Of a stretch of DNA of 42,512 bases, positions 22,076 to 35,436 are shown in pieces. The notes beneath the pieces are model-generated. The model did not search any database. It was given only the letters and a program-made list of their open reading frames with translations, and was not told the DNA's origin. The stretch comes from Octopus sinensis (lineage: Eukaryota): positions 1-42,512 of the forward strand of contig NW_021835136.1 in NCBI RefSeq assembly GCF_006345805.1, read 5' to 3'. How positions within the stretch are numbered: the stretch's first letter is position 1; each line of letters opens with the position of its first letter. Made by a program: the position numbers and the translations under genes.

Positions 22076-22605
22076 TGTGTTGAAGTTCTTGAGCAAGACA
22101 CTTTATTTCACGTTACTCCAGTTCACTGAGTTGTTGAAATGAGTTTTGACATCACTGCGCCGAAGCTGTATCAGTCTTTGAATTGCCATTGGATAACATT
22201 GTTGTCATGGATAGGGTATGCAGTTATGCATGGGTGACTGCCGGTCATCCTTAAACAAATTTGCCCGGATACGTACCTTGGTGGGGAACTTTCTAGGTAC
22301 AATCTCCTGGTCATTCATTACCAAAGAGGATCAAACATATGCACTTCCCTACCTCATTCTCTTATCCACTAGCTTGAAGCTGACCCCCCCCCCCCCCCAC
22401 CCCACCCAAAAGGTTTTGTAGTTCTGCAACTTGAATCGCAACGAATAGTCGGGTAGTATGATAAAAAGCACTGAACCCATGCTGTAAATTGGTTGATGTT
22501 TGGAAGGGCATCTAACCAGAAATAGCAGACCAAAGCAGACATTTATATATATAATATATACATTTATATGTGCGTATGTGTGTGTGTGTGTGTGTGTCTG
22601 CGTTT

Positions 22606-25600
22606 GACCCTCGATTTTGCCTCCTTTTAACTGAAAGAAGGGTTCATATTTTTAGTAAAATTTTTGACATATTGTGTACATGCTGATTATATTGGAATTC
22701 TTTTAGAAAAAGTTTTTCCTAGAGGGGGGGGGAGAATTTCAAAAAATTCCAATATCGGCATTTTTTGGACGAAGAAAGCTTTGATGAAATAATGAAAGAA
22801 ATATGCAATCAATCTACTAATCTACTACCACACCCACCCATCCACACACATGCATATATACTCTTTACTCTGTACTGTTTTACTTGTTTTAGGTCATTTG
22901 ATTGTGGCCATGCTGGAGCACCGCCTTTAGACAGGCAAATCGACCCAGGGCTTATTTTTTTGTAAACCTATTACTTATTCAATCACCTCATTTTCCCGAA
23001 CCGCTAAGTTACGGCGTCGTAAAGACACCAGCATCGTTTGTCAAGCGATGTTGTGGGAACAAACAGAGATACACAAACATATACACACACATATGTATGT
23101 ATGTATGTGTGTATGTATGTATGTATGTATGTATGTATGTATGTATGTATGTATGTAGGAAGGAGGAACTCTTGAGAGTCAACGGCCATCCAATAAATGT
23201 TTAATGTTTTTTTTCTTTTTTTCTTTTTCTTTTTGTTAATGCTTAAGGCTGTATCATGGGCGGGGACATAGAAATAACCGGACTGAATACCCGATCGCGC
23301 GGTTAAACCATTGGGAGTGAAGGACTCCTAGCCTTTGTTAGGGCATCCTTCTAGAAGGTAACTCAGGTAACTGGGATAACTGCGACATAAAACCTGCGGC
23401 TCAGTGGTTACCGATGATGTTGACCGATGATGTCTTTTCGGATTATGGCTTCTGTTGCTTAGTGTGTGGGATTGACTCAGTGCACAGTCTTTCCTCACTT
23501 TGAAAATATCTTCGTGCACAGGCATTGCACGAAAACAACATTGGATTGATTAAAGTGAGTAACTAATTCATGATTGTTGATAGTGCTGTGAGTCTCAACT
23601 GAATGGCTGGCTGTAGCCTTAAAAAGCAAAAATCAATGATGTACCAAAACAGTATAAAAATAAATGGCAGTAAGGACTCTGGAACCACATCAGCTGAAAG
23701 AGTCTGGCTCGGCAGGGGTTCCAGAGCATCACAGTCTGAACCCGGCCGTCATCATGCTACTGTGATAGAACCAAAGAAAATAATGAATATTGGCTGTTGG
23801 AATATACGGACACTGCTTGACCATAAGTCCTCTGAATGTCCTGAAAGAAGGACTGCGCTTGTTGCGAAGGAGCTTCAACGCTATGATCTTGACATCGTTG
23901 CTTTATCTGAGACGAGATTACCTGGAGATGGTCATCTTACAGAATCTTGTGGAAAATATACATTCTTTTGGAAAGGGAGAGATGAAGAGTTTAGAGGAGA
24001 AGCTGGAGTGGCATTTGCTGTTAAGACTACTCTTGTGGACAAGTTGGAAGAATTCCCAATCGAAATTAACGATCGTCTTATGTCCATGAGAATTCCTTTG
24101 GCTAAAGGAAATTATATGACCTTGGTGAGTGTGTAAGCTCCAACTATGTGCTATACTGATGACGAAAAACTTTCTTTCTACCATGCTTTGAAGGGTATTA
24201 TAAGAAATATCCCTCGGCAGACAAAGTCATCGTACTGGGTGACTTTAATGCTAGAGTGGGTAGGGATTTTAACACATGGACTGTAATTGGAAAGCATGGG
24301 GTGGGGAAGTGTAATAGTAATGACATGCTTTTGCTGCAGATGTGTGAAGAGCTGAGTCTGTGTGTTACCAATACCATGTTTCAACCAAAGAATAAGCTTA
24401 GGACTAAAGAATGGCATATTCTGGATTACATCCTAGTTAGGGTGCGTGACAGACAGGATGTACAGTGTGATCGTGTTCTTCGTGGAGCTGAGTGTTGGAC
24501 TGACCACCGCCTAGTACGTGCAACAGTAAAAGACTGAATGTTGGTATAATAGTGTGAAGAGAACTTTACGAGAGGAAATGAATGCTGCAGATATTGGGGA
24601 AGATTGGCCGAACCTCAAAAAGTCAGTTTATGATATAGGCAGGAAAGTTCTGGGATTGATACAAAGAAAGCATCAAGATTGGTTCAAAGAAAATGATGAA
24701 CATATAGATGATTTATTGGATGATAAAAGGCGTACATTGTCACGCTATTTGTCAGCAAAATCACACGAAAGGGAAGTGTTGCATAGGGAACTCAAGGACG
24801 TAAAATCACGTGTGAGGCAAAGGCTCTCAGAGATGAGGGATACGTGGTGGAGTAAGAAGGCTGACGAGATACAGGCGGCATGAGATTCCAATAACACAAA
24901 GTTGCTGTATGGTCTCTTGCGAGAAGTTTATGGACCGACGTCTTCCCTGATGACACCAATTCGAAGCAGGGATGGTAAAGAAGTTCTTCATGATTCACAA
25001 GGAATTCTGCGAAGGTGGCAAGAACACTTTGATGAACTTTTGAATCAACAGTCTGTAGTTAGTGAGGATGTTCTCAATCTCATCCCTGGATTGCCTGTGA
25101 AGGCAGCACTCGCAGAACAACGAAAGTTGGAAGACGTTGCAATGGCTGTCTCAAGGTTGAATAATGGGAAGTCTCCGGGTATGGATGGCATACAAGCGAA
25201 GTTGTTACAGCATGGTGGTGAGAAAATTCTGCAGAAACTTCACTCTTTGTTTGGTAAGGTATAGACTGGAGAGATGCTGTAATGGTGGCTCTGTATAAGG
25301 GAAAGGGCAGCGGGAATGGTTGTGGTAATTATAGGGGAGTATCATTGCTGTCTGCTGTAGGAAAGGTTTTATGCAAGATACTTCTGGATCGTCTGCTGAA
25401 ATACATTGCAGATTGTGTTCTTCCAGAAAGTCAATCTGGCTTTCGTGTGGGACGTGGCACTGCTGGTATGATATTTTCAGCTAGACAGCTTCAGGAAAAG
25501 TGTGTGGAACAGGGTCTTGATTTGTATCAGCTTTTTGTCGATCTGACAAAAGCCTTTGATACCGTCAATAGAAAAGCATTGTGGAAAGTCCTCCAGAAAT

Positions 25601-26892
25601 TGGGGGTCCTGAAAAGTTCCTTGCTTAGGTTAGGTCTTTTCATGAAGATATGAATGGTAGGGTGAATGCTAGAGGGAAGATGTCGGAGCTCATTTCAATA
25701 CAAAATGGACTGAAACTGGGGCATATTCTGGCATTGACCCTATTTTCCATATATTTCGCGATGGTGTTCTGTATTGCATTCAGAAACTGCAGAAACGGTG
25801 TTTACGTCCATTATCGAACCTCTGGCAACATATTTAATATCAGGGGCTTTGCTGCAAAACAAAGATATTTACCTCTATCATAAAAAAACATTTTGTATGC
25901 TGATGATTTTGAGCTAGTAGCACACACAGAGATTGATATGCAACACATTTTGAATGCATTCTCTGATGCTTGCACTGCCTTAGGATTGACAGTCAATCTC
26001 AAGAAAACTGTTGTCATGCATCAACCTGCCCCTGGTAAGCAGTATAGTGTACCAAATATCTATGTGAATGGTAAACGACTTGATGTAGTCGATCACTTTG
26101 TCTACCTGGGAAGCACTATTAATAGATATGGCAATGTGGATGATGAAATTCCATATAGAATGTGGATGATGAAATTCCATATAGAATTAGGAAAGCAAGT
26201 GTTGCTTTCGGAAGGCTAGAAAAGCGCCCATGGAGTCCGCGATACATATGCAGAAAGACAAAGATAAAGGTGTACAAGGCATGTGTGTTCCCTTCTCTTC
26301 TCTCTGCCTGCAAGACGTGGGTCATATATGGATACCACCTTAAACAACTGCAATGTTTCCATCAGATGTGCCTCAGACGGATCTATGGCATTAAGTGGAA
26401 GGACCGCATCGGTGATCTTGAAATACTCGAAGGCTCTCGGCGTGAAAGTATAGAAGCTCTTGTGTTAAAGCAAAGGCTCAAATGGAGTGGTCATCTGGTC
26501 AGAATGAAGGATTCAAGGATGCCAAAACAACTCTTTTATGGAGAGTTAGCTAAAAAGAACGACCTCCACATAAAACAAAAAGAGGTATAAGGACTGCTGA
26601 AGGCTTCCTTAAGAGATGCTTGCATCTCTCCTGACACATAGGAAGGCATAGTTATTGATCGTAGCAGGTGGAGAAGGATTGTGCATGAGGGGACAGCCAC
26701 ATTTCAGAAATCTCGAGTTGCACATGAGAAAGTAAGGAAAGTAAGCGATGCCCTTCCTGACATCCCGCCAGGAAGGGCATCGCTTGTACACTTTCAGAAG
26801 GGAAGGGTCTTCCTTTGATTCTGACATGCGATGTCTGTGCAAGACCCTGCCTCAGTAAAGCTGGATTCATTAGTCATCTTCGTAGTCATAAA
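22606..26892 (+). repeat. Segmental duplication copy A (partner 35903-40165): unique flank, SINE piece, (TATG)n and RTE LINE
   Basis: Similarity starts ~630 bp upstream of the LINE and continues through it. Confidence 0.92.
23240..26892 (+). mobile_element. RTE-clade LINE, family 2, copy A (APE, RT, C-terminal zinc finger), degenerate
   Basis: MNIGCWNIRTL, DIVALSETR, NYRGVSLLS, LPESQSGFR, VDLTKAFDTVNR, YADD and CDVCARPCLSKAGFISHLRSHK; many stops and frameshifts. Confidence 0.95.
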
Positions 26893-26896
26893 ACGA

Positions 26897-26936
26897 TGCA
26901 TGTATGTATATCTACGTATATATGTGTGTATGTATT

Positions 26937-26967
<31 letters not shown>

Positions 26968-27310
26968 GTGTCTGTAAGTATATATATATGTGATTGCATA
27001 TATGTATGTATATATATATGTATGTATGTATGCATGCATGTATGTATGTATGCATGTATGTATGCATGCATGTGCGACTGTATGTATGCATGTATGTAGG
27101 TATGTTTGCATGCATATATGTATATGTATGCGTGTATGTATGCATGTATGTATGTATGCAAGCATGCATGTATGTATGTATATATGTGTGTGTATGTATA
27201 TATGTATAAAAGTATGTATGAATATACGCAAGCATTGATGAATATTTGCAAGTGCATTCATATCTGATTGTGTATATGTATTAAGGGTATGTGTATGTAT
27301 GTGTGTGTGT
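26897..27310. repeat. Complex (TATG/CATG/TA/TG)n microsatellite
   Basis: Direct reading. Confidence 0.9.
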
Positions 27311-28918
27311 GCATGCGTCCCTGAGATATTTTGTGTGTATGCTTGTCCTCTGATCGCAACCTGACACGTTGTTACTTTGTTTATGTCACTATAAAGCAAC
27401 GTTTAGCGTTACAGGTCGGAAGCATAAGAACAGATTACAAGTAAATAAATAAATATATAGGTGCAGTTAAAGCGACGAAAATTCTTCAAGACGGAGCCCC
27501 AGCATGGCCACAATCCAATGAATTAAAGAAACCCAAGGTAACTAAGGAGCTTCTAGTGGCCTGGACCTTGCCTATGTAACCTATCGAGTTCAAACTTTCA
27601 GGTCACAGGCTTCTGATCACTCTAGTTACATAAATCTTTATCTATACATCTAGAAGACCCATCGCTATTCATCCACGTCCACAGCGGAGCGTCTGGGTGT
27701 TCCAGTATATACAGATTTGCCAGCAAAAAACGCTTAAGCAGATCGAAGAGATACGTGTTTCTCCTCCTCTCTGTATTCGAGCAAACACAATCCACTAAGG
27801 AGTGTGACGTACCTAGAAAATTCTCTAGTCTAGAAAATTGTCTAACTGTCCGGTCGTCGGAGTTTATAAACAACCCCCAGCCTGAAAGACTTATCAATGA
27901 TGAGGTTTACATCAAATACGACCAGTCTACTCCCACCCTCGGATCAATAAAGATTACTCTTGTCTCTAAATGTAGTTTTTCTTGAGCAGAACTACGACCG
28001 CCCCTCTTCACATTCTGGGTGACCAGGAGAAATAAATTTCTCGTTGCAGTTTAGGCGGGGAGAAATGCTTGTCAGTCCACTCAGCCAGGTGTCTCTAACT
28101 ACTAACACATCCAAATTAAGCGACACGAGGTCATTGAGGAAAAGCCCTTATTTCCAATTCGATGACAGGATGTAAACATTTAAACTCCCTACATCGAGTG
28201 TAAACATGAAGAAAAAAACTTAGTTTGGAGATGGGCGTTAAAACATACAGTTCTATTTATTTCGGAGCTTGTGAAGTCTCTAGGTGTGTGTGTGTGTTCA
28301 TGTTTATGCGTGTCCTTATCCTACGATTGCAGCCTGACACGGTGTTGCTTTGTTTATGTCTATATAAAGCAACGTTCAGCGATACAGGACGGAAGAATAA
28401 GGAGAAATTACAAATAAATAAATAAATAGGTCCAGTTAACCCGTCAGAAACTCATGAAGGCGGTGCCCCAGCATGGCCACAATCCAATGAATGAAGGAAA
28501 TCCAGGGTAAAGAGCAAACTGTTAAAAGATTCGATGTAAGGATGTTCTATAGAGCTTATTACTGCATTACTCCAACCTCCAATGCTTTCCTCTCTCCCTC
28601 CCACTCCTTCTCTCGCAAACACACCCACCCACACACACACGCACACACATACATATACACATACACACACAGAAACCCGCATATACAAACAGATTCAAGG
28701 ATAGAAGCGTTTGAACACACCGAACAAAAAAGCACACACGCAAAAAAATACGCTAACATAAACTAAAATATGTTATCTCAAGGGAAGCTACTCTCAATTA
28801 TATTTTAATATATTTGAGAGTTATCTCCCTTAAGACTATTTTATAATTCATTTAAATGCCTTAAGTATAAATTAATTTTTACGGCCTATCGTTTGCATTA
28901 CTTAAACGTTGGAAGGTT

Positions 28919-28974
<56 letters not shown>

Positions 28975-29074
28975 TCTGTGTGTGGTGTGTGTGTGTGTGT
29001 GTGTGTTCATGTTTATGTATGTCCTTATCCTACGATTGCAGCCTGACATGGAGTTGGTTTGTTTATGTCTCTAT

Positions 29075-29510
29075 AAAGCAAATTTTAGTAATGAACTGCA
29101 TGCTATTCTTGTCAGCCCCCTTGTATATTTTGTCCAGCTCACATTGCAGGTGCATAGTGTCTTCAGGGTTCTGTATTGCCTGTGAAACTTTTGTATCATC
29201 TGCATAACTTGTGATCGTGGCGTTTTGAGGGCATTCTGAGAGGGACAATATGAGCAGAAGTGCTCCCAAAACAGAGCCTTGCGGGACACCGGTCCTTATT
29301 TGCGTATCATTGGATGTAGCCCCATTGGCTAATACCACCTGACTTCTATCCTTCAGAAAGTCATGAAGCCATTCTCACAATTCTCCAACTATGCCAAGAT
29401 CACAAAGTTTGTGTCATATTGTTCCATGATAAAACTTTATCAACATTTATCGGCCTTTGCAACGTCGAGGTATACACTTCCACATTTCAGCAACCAGTCA
29501 CAGTATATTG
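29075..29510 (-). mobile_element. CR1/L2-type LINE RT fragment
   Basis: VYLD.AKA.DK.DHG..WLHDFLKDRSQVV..TGVPQGSVLG..SYADDTK. Confidence 0.88.
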
Positions 29511-29515
29511 TAAGA

Positions 29516-29557
<42 letters not shown>

Positions 29558-29606
29558 ATATATATTAGATATATATATAACGAGAAGAGCAACAAGAATG
29601 ATAGGT

Positions 29607-29696
29607 TTTTAGTACAATCGTTTCATACAAGGACAGGCTTTATTAAAAGTTGCAAAAATTACAGCATATAACGTGTCCCGTACTCATCAGCTAAAA
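29607..29696 (-). ncRNA. Type I hammerhead ribozyme motif, sense to the PLE ORF, at its 3' end
   Basis: UUUUAG-CUGAUGA-GUACGGGACA..UGUCCUUGUAU-GAAA-CGAUUG-UA-CUAAAA: 6-bp stem I, ~10-bp stem II, minimal stem III, GUA cleavage triplet. Confidence 0.75.
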
Positions 29697-32600
29697 TACA
29701 TGTGAGTTCTCTAGACATCCTAGTGGTTGAGGCTATACTCATGAAGTAATGTAGATAATTAAGTAACATAACAGATTTCCAAAGTTCATTAAAATTCTTT
29801 AAAGATGATGTACAGTCTTATCACAGAATTTTAAAAAAGTTTTAATAGCATCACAGGGAAGGTGACCTAATCCATAGTGCACATATGAATTTCCTAGATA
29901 TGATGAGGGATTACATACTCACGACGACAAATTTATCCATTGTTAATCACAACGAGGTGGGTCTCAATTCCTGCTTATTAGCATTACAGAGAGGGTGAAT
30001 TAATCCTTTGTATAGATGCACAATTTCCATGGTGTAGATGTAAATTTCCAGAGAATGAAGAGGAATTTCATATTCACAGGCGATAAATTTATCAATGGTT
30101 GAACACAATGAGGTAGGTATCAATTCTTGTTATATGATTAGGTATTTGCCACATTAATCACATTACTGCTATTTACACGAGGCTGTAGCTATTTAACTTT
30201 TAAAGGCTGAATGGCTTTCTAGAGAGGCAAAGAATAGAAAGGGAAGGGAATAGAAGAAAGAGAGAAAATAAAGGAGGAGGGAGCAAAAAGGGGGGGGACT
30301 AAAGAAGAGAAAGGAAAAAGGAATAAAGAAGGAAAAAGAAAAAAGAGAAAAGAGAAAGAAATAGGGAAAGAGGGAAAAAGAAAAAGAAAAAAGAGGGTTC
30401 TAGTTATACAGAAGAATTAGTAGACGGCAAGTCTGGTTTTATTTACAGGCATCTAGGAACTAGAGGAGAATATTATTCTTTGACCAGTAAAACAGCTAAT
30501 TTATTGCTGTTTAAATCAGCTATGAATTTAAAGAGAATCTAAAGAGATAACACGGTCAGGGGTTTAGGGGTCAGATGCTAAGATCAAAAGAAAATACATT
30601 AGGAAAATCTAAGTATAATCTTATCAAAAAGTCATTAAATTTATTTATTTACTTTATTCATTTTATTGTCTTAAGAGTTGCCGTTATTTTCATACATTGA
30701 CGGACTACAGGTCAAATCTTAGAAGATCATTTACAAGGTGTTAGGGGATTGTCTATCATAATGAAGATAATCATATTATCACCGAGGGAGTAGCCTAATT
30801 TATTAATTTTGAAATAGAATTATGGGGCTTTAGTAACTCATTTTATTTTATTAGAGTTATGCTACTTAAATTAGATTAAGTTAAGAATTAAAATTAAAAT
30901 TACAATTAAGATTTAAAATTAAGATTTAAAATTATGAGTTTTGAAATTAAATAAAGCCTCATTAAGCAGCGTATAAGTACTATTCATTTCCCTGTTCTCA
31001 AAAAACTGATGCAGATATAAGGAAAATAACTGTAGTGTGAGAACTCTTAGTTATCTACTTAAAGCAGTGCTATACTAGTAAAAAACAAGTATATCTATCT
31101 ATCTATCTAGTTACGAATATTCTAATCATTTAAAATTATTTTAAAGTCTTCAATTTAGCGTGGACACAAACTTGACCTAGTTCGATATGGTTATTCAATA
31201 AGTTTCTATGTTTTCTATGCTTTAGAATTTCATACGTCTCCATGGAGCATAGTTGGCAACCACCCTACTATTTTTATACGGAATTGCTCTCCAACTATTT
31301 CCAATTAAGGTTATAATTATTATTATTATTTTTGAGTTCCCAGATTTTGTTTGAAAGTGTGGTGGTACCAGCCTTATGACGTAATTTAAAAGACGAGATG
31401 TGATTTCTGACTCTGGCTAGAAAATTAATTGTACATCCAATGTAAAAATATTTGTTATTCTCCGTGGATATGGTACATTTTATAGATTACTTATTTTCCC
31501 GCATAGACCAGGTGCCGGGCCATTTTGATTTTAATTCTACACTTACCACAGGAGGAACAACTTCAGGCTTTGGATTATTCTTGGGTAGATGTCTTAGGTT
31601 CCTATTATTTTGATTATCATTTCTATAGTTGGTGCTGATATCTAAGTATTGCTATTATTTATTGATCCTTCTGTTTCATCATTTAGTGTCTAAAGTCCTA
31701 CCATGATTTCTTATATTATTGGTAATGTTACTATTATTGTTAGTCTTTTTATCCGACTGCATATTGTTGTTATAGATATCACTGATATTTTCATTCTCCT
31801 TATTTTCTCCATTAGCCTTATTTCTATTATTTCTAATTATTAACATATTACTTTCTATTATATCGGCATTGTTATTATTACTATTATGTTAATGTTATTA
31901 GTCATTCTGTGGTTACTAATTTCACTTATGTTTGATAGTTACTATTGCTGTTTTTATTGTTGGTAGTATTATTATAATTGCTATTGGTATTCATGCTGAT
32001 ATTATTATATTTTATTTCTATCTTTCCTGGCTAGTTTAATGTTGTTATTAATCTTAGCTATTAACGTGGACTATTTTGGAGGGTTGAATAAGAAATCCTA
32101 ACTGTTTCCTAGAAATAATTCTATGATATCTATGAGAGATAGGGAAATTTTTTCCCCAGAATTACTTTGAATTTGTTCTGTATATCCGATTGTATCGCAC
32201 AGTTGACAGGAATATTCAGCCATAATATATCTTTTCTATTAAATTTAGGGTTCGTAGAATTATTACTATTCATCTCACCGGAGTTATTGTATTTATTACC
32301 ATTATTTTTATTTTTATTTGTGTGCATCTTAGGTTTATCTCTTTGATATTATCCGAGTTACCTATGTTCTGGTCAATGCTTCTATTTGAATTTTGGGCCT
32401 GTACGCTAGATTAGCGTTTACCGTTAATTTAATTCTACTTTTATTTCGGCTTGGTCTGTATTGCTGCTTACGTGATTACTGATAACTTCTTCATTAGGAA
32501 TACGTGGGTTCTCCTTATCAACGATGTAACTTTTTGGTTGTATCCAGCCTTAGTTAACGCCGCATTATAATGCTCAGAATGGGAGTTAAATATATCCTTA

Positions 32601-34266
32601 TTGGATGATAATTTTGAAATTCTTAATGAAAATATTTCTTACTAAAGATTCAATTATATTTGGGGATGATTTGATAATTTATTTACGTAATTCGTGATTT
32701 TCGCCTTCCTTTCTAAATGGGTAATGTAGCTTGGAGTTAAGGTCTAGCGTAATATCTAGGAAGTTAACTATTTTAGTGCCCGGTTCATACGTTATACTGA
32801 GGTTGAAATCCTTAAAGAACTTATTAATTTTCTTTCTAATCTTTCTATAACAGATTTATTATTACTAGGGATAAACAAACAGAGCATCATCCCTATATAG
32901 ACCCCCCCTGTATTTCTGGGATGTCCTTGCTTATGCATTTTAAATAGATATGCGCCTACTAGGTTGGTTACCTCAGCCGAATCACTGGAACCCATTGGTA
33001 TATCAAAAAAAAATTTTGTGTATCGCTCTAGTCCATAATTTATCTAATTCTATAAATGTCTTCCTAGCTAGTAGGCACAATTTGATTTCTTCTCTAGATA
33101 TGAGGGAGCGATTCATGGCAAATTTAGTGATTTGTTGAGTAAGATAGGGGAAATACTAGAGTAATAACTATTAATATCGAACGGAATAAAGGACAGACTA
33201 CTAGTATTAGTTTAGAGTTAAACCATTTAGAAACTTCGTCCCGTACTTAGCCATAGGTTTAGGGGAGAAGAGGGGTTATTTGGGGTAGAACAGTATCCAG
33301 GATAGATTTACTAAGTCGGCCCAATGTCCGACTTAGTTGGACAGATCAGCCTTACCGAAGGGTTTTCCAAGAAATTCTTTTTGTGGTCTTTAAGGTTGAT
33401 CCTAGGCTCACACGGTTTAAGTGGCTTGTTTCTATCCGTTAAATTTAGTTTCTCCATGATCTCTTTCATTTCCATGTTTACTTTTTTTCAATTGTTCTTA
33501 GTCGTAATTTATATTTGGGTTTAGTTCCTTCCTAATTAATTTGCTATAAATATCGTAATCAACTCTATACATATTACCCTTTTTATCTGCTGGTACTAGG
33601 ATTCCCTGTTTGCACAGCCGGTTGACTGAATAAAGTTCCTAAGGTGTCTAAGGTGAGGGTTATATCTTAACGGGTGTTCCTTGAAGCTAATATCATCTAT
33701 AAGATTCAGCAAGTCTTTCTCAAAGTCTCCAGGAATGGGTTTTCTGAGGTGGGCTTTTTCTACTTTTAAAAATTCTTCTAAAATTCTTTTCGGTATTCTT
33801 TTCCTGTGTTTCTTCTTCTTCTTTTTGACTCAAATGGTACGTTTTCTCCACCTGATTCTTCTAATGAAATCGTTAATCCTATGAATGAGAAGCCAATTTA
33901 TATTCATCTATACTATGTAAGGGGATGTCTTAGGGGAGAACTCAGTTTACTTTTTCCATTCTTGTTGAGAATTAAGTACCAGAACAACATACAGATGTAT
34001 GGGAATATATTCAAAAGCAATAAAGATTCAAGTTAATTTAAAAGAATTTACTTGAATATGGTACCTAACTTAGATGCACCAAAAAAACTATACTGTTTTA
34101 ACAATACAGTAATGTGGGGTGATTATAAGCGAGAAAGAAGCATATCATAAATAAACGACCCTACCTCGTCTAAGCCGAGCAGCTAACTGATCAACATCAA
34201 CGAAGCACCTGGGTGAGTTTACATATATTACATCCGGTAAATGGCCGTTCATTGATGATACGTTCA

Positions 34267-34313
34267 GGCTTGCTGATGAATACAGAGGTATGAAATCACA
34301 GGTGATACAAGTC
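34267..34313 (+). ncRNA. Compact type I hammerhead ribozyme motif, antisense, in the PLE 5' leader
   Basis: GGCUUG-CUGAUGA-AUAC(AGAG)GUAU-GAAA-UCAC(AG)GUGA-UA-CAAGUC: all three stems pair; AUA triplet, predicted cleavage after 34307. Confidence 0.75.
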
Positions 34314-34564
34314 TATATTTTTAAATGTCTTACTTTGAAAAATTGCATTCGGTGGGATTAGTAAAATTTTTGGTAGAAATGACTAATTTTTGTCACGCTT
34401 AGCGTGTGGGCATGTATGTATAATAATGCCCTCTATATATAAATTAATATGTTCAATAAGAAGAATTATTTTCGAATTTTTTCTCTTATGAGGTCTTTCA
34501 CGCTATCTACCTGATAATTTCTTGTTAAGTTTTCCTTATTAAGAAGTTGTCCTTAATTGCTAAA

Positions 34565-34608
<44 letters not shown>

Positions 34609-34689
34609 ATATATATATAGATAATATCTATATACTTCAATAATCATTTACAAAACAATTCTAAATTGCTTATAATCATGTTCATCATT

Positions 34690-34800
34690 TCCTTGATTGT
34701 CATCATCAACAAGTAAATAACATCATCATGGTCATCATCATCTAACATCCTTTATTTTCTGGCATGGGCTGGACAGATACAAGGACTGCACTGTGCTCAG
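34690..34800 (+). repeat. ~110-bp local direct repeat, partner ~35511-35625
   Basis: cttgattgtcatcatcaac..ctggacag..caaggactgcactg(t/c)gctca. Confidence 0.75.
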
Positions 34801-35268
34801 ATCCGTTCCAGAATCGATCTCATTATCTCGAGAGTGTGAGTCTGGCGATCTCACCACTGAGCCATGCACTTCCACAGAACGGAAGGAGAAAGAAAGAGAA
34901 AATGAAAAGAAGGAACTACAAGAGATAGATGATAGTAACGAAGTGACTCCGTTGCCCCATGGGGTAAAATGCAAAGCATTCGATACAGAGGCTGTAATTA
35001 TGTGCCAAATAAAGTTTGCGTGAGATATGGCTGTTATTTCTAGCATGTAGATAGCCTGGTTGAAAAGCGTAGAATCGGGAGGTGAGGTTTATTTATTTTC
35101 TTTTGAATAAATGGCATTTTACAAACAATGACATTTTTCAGAATCATCATCTCCAAACTTTTCTATGTATTTCACAAAAAAGTGGGAAGGGTGAGTTAAA
35201 TCTGCGCCATATACGCCTATACATACACACATACATACATACATACATATATAATATATATAATATAT

Positions 35269-35311
<43 letters not shown>

Positions 35312-35357
35312 AATATATATACATATATATATATATATATAGTATATATATAATAAT

Positions 35358-35400
<43 letters not shown>

Positions 35401-35405
35401 ATAAA

Positions 35406-35436
<31 letters not shown>

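Larger units (their letters stand above)
29580..34565 (-). mobile_element. Penelope-like element (RT plus C-terminal GIY-YIG), decayed ORF ~33959 to 31136, flanked by (TA)n on both sides
   Basis: N-terminal MEKVN..FIRRIRW..PADKKGNMY; RT motifs MGSSDSAEV and GLYRDDAL (32886-32897), VNFLDITL; endonuclease FYIGCT..RVRNH..LSNKIWEL..CQLC..LLN..C.H; many indels. Confidence 0.9.

Noticed and set aside
31540-31585. Selenocysteine UGA near the Cys cluster of the PLE endonuclease linker
   Set aside because: The region is heavily frameshifted, an upstream TAA is in the same frame, and no SECIS was identified.
34180-34225. Second hammerhead upstream of 34267
   Set aside because: Core reads CUGAUCA and GAAG, with no stem II or UH triplet.
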